From contig JAPMXV010000035.1 of NCBI GenBank assembly GCA_026936335.1, positions 248,001 through 312,000 of the forward strand: 64,000 bases of DNA, read 5' to 3'. This DNA comes from Mantamonas sphyraenae STR306. Its lineage: Eukaryota > Protista > CRuMs. The position numbers were made by a program, and so were the translations under genes. Shown piece after piece: positions 60,938-64,000 of this stretch (the first letter of the stretch is position 1; every line of letters begins with the position of its first letter). The notes below the pieces were generated by a model. That model had not been told where the DNA came from and did no database searches. It saw nothing but the letters and a program-made list of their open reading frames with translations.

Positions 60938-61848
60938 TCAGCCCTCAATCTCAAGCTTGGCGGCCATGACGGCGTCCATGGCTTCAACAGCAGCCTTTCG
61001 TGCGTTCTCGGCCTCTTCGGCGGCCTGCTTGGCCTTGATTGCAAGCTCGGAGGCAACGGATTCCTTGGCCTTGGCCTCCTCGTCGAGCGAGTCTGCGCTT
61101 GCTTGCAGCTGTGGATGTGGACGGGGCAGTGGCGCGAAAAGAGGGTGAGTGAGCGCTTCTTGGAATTCGGCCATTTCTCCAGCTGGTGCTTGTGGTGGGG
61201 CATGTGCACAGATACACTGGGGCGGCGGGGGATGGGAAAGAGGAGAGTGTGGGCCAAATGGAAGGACGTACAGCTTCGATGAGCTCGTTGCGTTCGGAAT
61301 CGAGAAGGGACTGCGTAAGCTGCTCCTCCTGGTCTGCTGTGAGCGCGTTTGCGTTGTCGTTGTTGCTCGTTGCCTTGGTGTCGTTGCTGCTGCTGCCACT
61401 GTTGCTGCCCCCTGCAAGCAGGGAAGAGGAGGAAGAGGCGCCAGCATCGCTAGAGGCATGACCTCCTGGCCTCAGCTGGACCACGAGGCGCAGAAGGTTG
61501 TCGCCTGCAAACTGAATGGCCTCTTTGAGCTCGCCAGTCTCTGTGATGTTGCACTCGTCGCCGTCCTCGTCGACATAGGAGAATTGAATGGCAGAAGAGA
61601 GACCAAAGGACTGGCGCACCTGTTCCGAGACGCTTTCAAAGGTGGCGTCGTCGCTAAACACGGTGCGGCGTTTGTCGTTTTGGTAGGTGAGCTTGACCTT
61701 GACCTGTGGGGGGAAATAGGGGTTGGCGGCGGCCGGGGGGGGGAGCCGGTTGAAGGGGTCATTGGGATTGTGCGCGTGTGTGTGTGAGCTGGTGATCGTG
61801 AAAGGGGTGGGGAAGGAGCCACTCCCGAGGGGGGAGCCAACCGACCAT
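60938..61848 (-). CDS. PB1-domain protein with C-terminal coiled coil, probably 3 exons (first exon ATG only, uncertain)
   Basis: VKVKLTYQNDKRR...FSYVDEDGDECNI (basic Lys plus OPCA motif); ELIEA spliced to LQASADSLDEE. Confidence 0.75.
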
Positions 61849-62404
61849 GGAGGGTTTTCTTGGGGCATCGAGAGCATCGGCCAAAGGCAGGGTTGTGCAC
61901 AGGTGGAACGTAGGTGTCGGAGAGGACGAACGACATTCAGCAGAAGAAAGCAAGCTCCATACGGCTCAACTGGTAGGGCAGCTTGCGGCGAGGAGTTCGG
62001 GCGAGAGCTCAACAAGCGACGGGAAGGCAGATGGGACTGAAGGGAGCCTTTTCGAACACCCTGAGTACAAGGTGATGTTCAAGTTTGGGATTATCGACAA
62101 TGCGCTGCTGCTGATGATGGCCATGGCGGGATACAGCGTTGATGCAGTGATCGCGCGTCGGATCGGCATCCACGGCTACGGAGTGCTTGTGGGCTCGCTG
62201 CTGGGCAATAGTTTGTCGGATGCGGTTGCAGCCATGCCTGAAGGGGCGCCGGCCACGGTGGGGGTCTTTGTGGGTGCGTGCTTGCCTCTGGTGCCACTTT
62301 CGGTGGCCATGTTTACCAAGCAGGAGCTGAAAGGCACTCTGGCGGGCAAGCTGGTACTGGGATCGTCGGCCGCCATGCTGGTGTGGTGCTTTGCAGAGCA
62401 CTGA
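61847..62404 (+). CDS. TMEM65-like small membrane protein
   Basis: FGIIDN...GYSVD...LLGNSLSD resembles the TMEM65 motifs; start uncertain. Confidence 0.55.
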   Translation: MEGFLGASRASAKGRVVHRWNVGVGEDERHSAEESKLHTAQLVGQLAARSSGESSTSDGKADGTEGSLFEHPEYKVMFKFGIIDNALLLMMAMAGYSVDAVIARRIGIHGYGVLVGSLLGNSLSDAVAAMPEGAPATVGVFVGACLPLVPLSVAMFTKQELKGTLAGKLVLGSSAAMLVWCFAEH

Positions 62405-62520
62405 TAGGACGGAGAGGGATTGGCAGGAGCAAAGGCAAAGTGGAGACGGGAGTGGTGTGGGACACAGGAGCGAGAGAGTGAAGTGTGAGAGCGCGCGCAG
62501 GGCGGCAACCCGTCGCCACC

Positions 62521-63038
62521 ATGCAGCTCTCGCGCTTTTTGATGAAATGCACAAACGAGAGTGTGGAAATCCAGTTGAAGAACGGAACGGTTGCGTACGG
62601 GACGATCACCGGGGTGGACCAGGCGATGAACACGCACTTGAAGGCGGTGAAGTTGGTGCCGAAGAATCGCAACCCCATCACGCTGGAGGGCTTGTCGATC
62701 CGAGGCAGCAACATCCGCTACGTGATCCTGCCGGAGGATCTCAACCTTGTCACGTTGCTGAAGGATACGTCGACAAAGGCTGGGCGCATGACCAAGGCGA
62801 AGCGCAAGGGTAAGTTTTGCCGGAGGACGGCGACGCGGAATGCAAGCACGTCAGAGCGTGTGCGCGGGTAGCAAGAGCTGCATGACGCACACAACGTGGC
62901 GCAATAGACGGGCGACGTTTACGTGAATGGAGGCATTGACACGCGCGTGCACGCGGACACACAGCTTTGGAAGAACGGGGCCGCGGACGCGGACGTGGGC
63001 GCGGGCGAGGACGCGGCAGGGGCCGTGGACGACGATGA
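62521..63038 (+). CDS. SNRPD1: snRNP Sm D1, 2 exons
   Basis: [23 protein letters not shown]...[14 protein letters not shown]; the second exon encodes the (GR)n tail. Confidence 0.96.
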
Positions 63039-63182
63039 ACATCACAGATTGACCCAGAATGTGTGTTGACGTACGCATGACACCTTGCAAACCACGTCTT
63101 GGGCCAACGGTGTCTATGCGCGAGTGTGTATGTGTGCGCCCTGTGGCTGGGCTTGTGGCCAGGATTGGGTCGAGAGGGCGGT

Positions 63183-64000
63183 TCAGCTTTCCTCGCTTGC
63201 ACCGCTCTGTTCAGTGGGAATGATGTGATGATACTGTCGAGAAAGTTTTCTTGAGGAGCAACGCTTGCAGTATTGGGTGGTTTGAGTGGCCAGTGAACAC
63301 GGAGGATGTGCGTGTTGCGCGATGCGCTTGTCTTTGCCGCCGGCCGAGTCGTCGGGGTACAGACACACGTAGCACCCCTCAGAACTGAGCTACTGTGGTT
63401 GAAAGTGGTGTGAATGAGCGCTGCGGGCTCAACGGGCCCGTCCGGCATGGTTGGGGGCGATCGAACGGTGTTGACCAAGGCAGCAACACCAGTCTGTGAC
63501 AGACCGTTTATTCGAGCGAATCTAGGGTTGTGGCGTGTAGGGACAGCCATCATGCATGCAAACGAGGGGCATCGTGCATGTTTGGACTGATGTGGCAACG
63601 TGCGCCGGGCTGGCCAACTCTGAAAAAGCATGGAGGTGGGTTTTTGTAGCCCCGTTGTAGAGGTTGGGCGTCATAGCAGGTGTAGCGTTGTGCACACACA
63701 CATGGCAATGCCACAAATACGGCCGCGGAAGTGCACAGCACACGCTCGGGTGGCGCACACCCCCTCCAAAGGACACAGTTGCGTGCCGGGAGGCGCTCGA
63801 AAAGGGAGCCCGATCTTGTCTGAAATCCTGACACGCGAACGGACACTCCGTGTGCTTCCATGCGTTGCACCTGCCGCCCATGGCACTCATCACACAGATT
63901 GAATCGGAAACAGAGTTTCATACCTTGCGACAGCTGTTGGAACACTGTCAGATAGCCGAGCTGGAGCCGGCTTTGGCCGAGCGCAAGCTGGATTCGCTCA
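63183..64000 (-). CDS. Possible 3' part of a spliced gene running off the window; product and boundaries unknown
   Basis: Donor-like CAAG|GTATGA at ~63923, acceptor-like sites and short coding-like segments; no recognisable domain. Confidence 0.3.

Noticed and set aside
25372-62964. Introner-type repeated introns
   Set aside because: The introns compared by eye show no mutual sequence similarity.
63225-63388. Box C/D snoRNA (GTGATGA...CTGA)
   Set aside because: The spacing is ~160 nt, with no terminal stem or recognisable rRNA guide.
1-64000. Alternative genetic code (TGA readthrough)
   Set aside because: The broken genes continue in a different frame, not in the same frame past the stop; TGA and TAA end ordinary genes.

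Overview
Very gene-dense eukaryotic nuclear DNA, roughly 55-60% GC by eye. It has short GT-AG introns of about 95-280 nt and intergenic gaps that are often under 200 bp. BBS7 points to a flagellated organism, most likely a protist, but the taxon cannot be determined. About 22 protein genes are present: a 5'-truncated intronless giant helical orphan (>5,370 aa, with a UBR-box), a large Fanzor1-like RuvC nuclease, CLN5, a polytopic membrane protein, a PAP2-type phosphatase, V-ATPase B, an acidic unknown, a Usp protein, mitochondrial GGQ rescue factor, WDR75/UTP17, dCMP deaminase, VPS13, a PPR protein, a UPF0658-like membrane protein, an Erf2-type DHHC acyltransferase, C9orf72, a secreted phage-type GH24 lysozyme, BBS7, a PB1 protein, a TMEM65-like protein, SmD1 and a possible partial gene. 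Five observations stand out. (1) The ~1,100-aa Fanzor1 has an intact D-E-D triad, large insertions and no transposase, and is bracketed by a degenerate inverted repeat that also contains an 11-bp direct repeat, with room for an omegaRNA. (2) The lysozyme is fused to tandem polycationic Trp-containing repeats, resembling a natural Artilysin. (3) The giant orphan ends in a hydrophobic hairpin. (4) Four genes need small frame changes; all can be fixed by shortening a homopolymer or dinucleotide run, so these are probably assembly errors. (5) GC skew follows a saw-tooth pattern that ignores gene orientation. All calls are by-eye motif recognition; no searches were run.
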